Below, piece after piece: positions 60,713 to 64,000 of a stretch of 64,000 bases of DNA. The translations under genes and the position numbers were made by a program. The notes under the pieces are model-generated. The model had not been told where the DNA came from. It saw nothing but the letters and a program-made list of their open reading frames with translations, and did not search any database. Source of the stretch: Marsupella aquatica (lineage: Eukaryota; Plantae; Marchantiophyta); assembly GCA_973895155.1 (NCBI GenBank), contig OZ316894.1, positions 3,682,944-3,746,943 of the forward strand, given 5' to 3'. Numbering within the stretch: position 1 is the stretch's first letter; each line of letters starts with the position of its first letter.

Positions 60713-61279
60713 TCTTAGCTCACTCACCTTGTCCTCTATCCATAGATCCCACTAGTCAGACCATGTCACTTATTGTTAATTAAGGGAATCGAAGGGCGGC
60801 CAGAAATTAATCTTACGAAAATACAACAGAAAAGATTATTAGCATCTTCTCCTTCCAACAAGGCGAATTTGTCACTTGGCCAAAAGGAAAACCCTTAAAA
60901 TTACCCAGGTTTTCCAGCTGGAAGGTAGGTGACGGTGGGGGGGTTGACCTCAAGAATAATAAGCTCTCTGCTAAAAGTGACTGCAAACTCCACTCCTTTA
61001 GGGTGCTTATAATCATTAAAGTAGATTGAGCATGTCATCTGGAAGATTCCCCTAATTTGGGTGTGTTCACACCCGGCTTCACTTTATTTTGTCCACAAAC
61101 TTTTAAATTCCATGCATGACTCAGATCTTTTAATTCTCTTTATTGTTTCAAGTGGATCCGCTTACGGCTTACTTCTCGTAGAAGTAAATACCTCTACAAA
61201 AGGGGGGGGGGGGGGTGGTGGGACTAACCTATAGCAGGTGCATAGGCCAAACCTACCCAATCCAGGAGGCGGAAAATAG

Positions 61280-61434
61280 AGAAATTTGATTGATGAGACC
61301 CCCAAAATGAAACCTTACTTGATAGGACCCCTGAGTGATCCAGACCATTGATTGACCTTGAATCAACTTACCCAGAGCTGCAGGGGTACTATCAAGTAAA
61401 TCAACTCATTTTGGGGTCCCTTCAAACAAATCCC
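61280..61434. mobile_element. MITE-like inverted repeat (~155 bp)
   Basis: ATTTGATTGATGAGACCCCCAAAATGA...TTACTTGATAGGACCCCTG pairs with CAGGGGTACTATCAAGTAA...TCATTTTGGGGTCCCTTCAAACAAAT. Confidence 0.7.
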
Positions 61435-62321
61435 TAGGCTAAAATAGGTGTCCTGAGAATGGAACCAGGGTAACCCTTCCAGAAAATATCCAGAGCTGAA
61501 GCAAAGGCAGATACTGTGTCCCTTTGGCTTTACAGGTGTTCCAGTTTACTGTTGAGTAGGGTTTTAGCTTCCTTACCGCTGGGTGAAGAGGGGTGGGGAG
61601 CGGTTCAGGATTTGGTTCTTTGATCTTCCCCGTTGTTTTGCCATTTATCGGGTCTCCTGCTGTTGGCATCCTGTCTCTTGATTTGGTAGTTTATTTTCTT
61701 TGAGACTGTGATATGCAGGTCCTACAAGAATTCATTAAGCTCCACAGGGAGCACTGAGGTTTGGGCCGTGACAACGACAATGAAAACAAACCTTGCATTA
61801 GATTTATTTTCTAACTCACAAATTGCTGTGTGGAAAAGAAGCTCTCCTGGCATCCTAGGTTGTCCAAAATGCTCTAGTCCACCTTTTCAACCTGAATTGA
61901 AATCTCAGCAAGTATTCAACTGCGCTTCCCTAATCAATAAAGGATCTTTACAAGGGGCAAATTATTTCAAGCAGTGCATGCAAGGTATCTACGTTTTATT
62001 TTTGGAATCAACCACAAACACACCTATTTAGACAGCAGGAAAAGGATGCATCCTGTTTGCGCTAGCCCATAGTGACTCTAAGGACGACTTTCCCTTTCCA
62101 TTCTGCACTTAAACCGCCACTGTCCATATAAATATCAGAAGGGGACAAGTTCCGGTCAGCTCATTCTCTCCAGAGGTGCCCAGCAAAGGCCAGGCTTCCG
62201 ATTCTCAGCCAGAGCCGGCTAGCCCCAGCCAAAGGCTCCGCAAAACACTGCGTCCGTAGTTAGTACGTGGCAGTGCTGTGAAACGGGCCTGTGCAATCCT
62301 GAGTGGGTTTGTGAGTGGGGT

Positions 62322-62591
62322 GGTCACCGTGAGAAGGTGCTGCCATAGCCATCGACAAGGGGGACCCCACCGAACGAAGAAAGGACGAGAATTTGTTGTT
62401 TTCGTCGTGGCAAAGGAAAGTGGGAGTAAACTACTGAAAGCCTACGGCTCTCGTGTCGGTCTGCTAAGGCCAGCTTTGCTCTGCGGCCGGGGGCGGGCGT
62501 GGTTCAAGATTGGATTGGGAGCAGCACCATTCATCGATGGCGTGCATTGCCCCGAGAAGGTCACCGTGAGAAGGTGCTGCCATAGCCATCG
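62322..62591 (+). repeat. 33-bp perfect direct repeat, 237 bp apart
   Basis: GGTCACCGTGAGAAGGTGCTGCCATAGCCATCG at 62322 and 62559. Confidence 0.85.
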
Positions 62592-63039
62592 GGGTTGATC
62601 AGTAGGCTGGGCTGGAAAATCTGCTGCTAAAGCTATGGACGTTCGTCACAGACGTGCTCTGCTGGGCTGGAAAAGCATCCAAGCTAAAAACATTCCAGGA
62701 CTTCAAGCATGCTCGCGACACTAATGCTTATCACTAACAAAACTGCATCCTTCTTGACTTGCCGAATCCCGCTGCCAATCCATTCAATGTGGGGGCGGAA
62801 AGTCACAAACATCTCTTCAAATTGCACAACATCACACCAACAGTAGTCGCAACTCAGATTTGCAAGTATGGTTCACTGCGTCACATCGCAGCATCCTCAC
62901 AGCCCCACTGTCATGGACATGCCCAATGGCCCCGAATGTTGACCATTACCCAGAGCCATGTTGACCATTACGTGATCTTCCAAGATTTTATTGACTATAC
63001 AGCCAATGTGCATAATCGCTCACCATGGGATGCTTCGTC

Positions 63040-64000
63040 TTACGAAGTGGAGTAGGTTTCAAAGGGGAGAGACCAAATTGGATATGTGCTCTGTTTTTGT
63101 AGAAGCATGCGCGGCAAGGTTGGTAGGAACCGAAGCATTCGACCAACACTCCCGAAAATGAACAAGTCCTTGCGTGCAAAATCTTCCCCTTGAAACTTCA
63201 ATAATTCACAATGAATGCTACTAAGTTCTGGATCCAAGACGCAGCAATCTTCTCACTGACATACACAAGGCTGTTGCATTGCTAAACATGTCTGCCCTAA
63301 AGATATCCCTTTATAATTTCTTTGGAGTACATCCGCTTGATGTACAACCTAGGTCATGGATTTGCATTATCGAAGATGGCTACAAGGAGTACATCTCCTC
63401 CATCGATCCAAGTTGTAGTAGTCGCAAGTAAGTACTGACGTTGTTCAAACACACTTGATAGTAACAAAAGTGCACCAAAGATCAAATGTACTCATAAATT
63501 TTGTGCATCTTGTCACTGCCGCGTCTGTATCCTTTCGAGACAAATCAGGCGAATCGCGACAAGCAAAGTGTAACTACTCCTGCTATCAGCGAGAGATTTT
63601 ATTGATTGTTCTATTATAAGGTGCACCAGCACAACCGAGCTGTCACTCTCAAGTCATTACGGGCAAGATCGTGCTTGATTTCCGTGTCTGCCCATTTGCA
63701 TGCACCAATGAGCGCTTTACGTTTGTTGAACAGAAGATATCACAATAAGGCAAGATCATAATTCAATCTTTCATTGATACCAGACACAGAACCCTCTGCC
63801 ATAGTGGACACAAGCCATCGAGAAAACAGGGTAACAAAACTCTGCGAACCTTCTGTGTCTGTCCCCGCAATGAAGCACAATCTCTTTGAAGAAGGAAAAG
63901 TTTGGCAACGCTTCTCCTTCCTTTGGCCACTTCAACAATCCGAGGTTCTTCGTCAAACATCGGCTTCTGGTACTTGGCAGCAAAAAGCTTGTGTTGCACG
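63040..64000 (-). pseudogene. Degenerate protein-kinase-like sequence (pseudogene or pseudokinase), running off the window end
   Basis: Ordered minus-strand peptides across frames: KLFAAK (II), FFKEIVLH (III), WIDGGDV (V), IKRMYSKEIIKGYL (VIa), IHCELLK (VIb), EDFA (VII), GRMLRFLP (VIII), IWSL (IX). Stops and frameshifts are present. Confidence 0.4.

Overview
Eukaryotic, intron-containing land-plant DNA, probably bryophyte-grade. That placement is an inference from gene structure, plant telo-boxes and the TE families seen. Two host genes are well supported: a 10-coding-exon RPN10 (26S proteasome ubiquitin receptor, 2794-7127, +) and a 3-exon HOOKLESS1-like GNAT acetyltransferase (54913-56996, +). 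The ~47 kb between them is mostly repeat and TE-derived. It includes a 5'-truncated CRE-like non-LTR retrotransposon (RT + CCHC + restriction-like endonuclease, one in-frame stop, 47720-50565), at least five scattered remnants of that family, a tRNA-derived SINE with a 13-bp TSD, foldback/MITE hairpins, Helitron-like ends and decayed L1 pieces. The most unusual object is a 2279-bp element (18486-20764) with perfect 14-bp TIRs and an 8-bp TSD (hAT-like). It has no recognisable transposase but carries an RPA1-C-like OB-fold/Zn-ribbon ORF and further compact ORFs, and a deleted relative sits in the RPN10 promoter. Other notable items are tandem copies of the RPN10 first micro-exon inside intron 1, a dense GTAC cluster, an inverted duplication with a flipped core, and degenerate kinase-like remnants. 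All protein family calls come from motif recognition by eye; no database searches were run.
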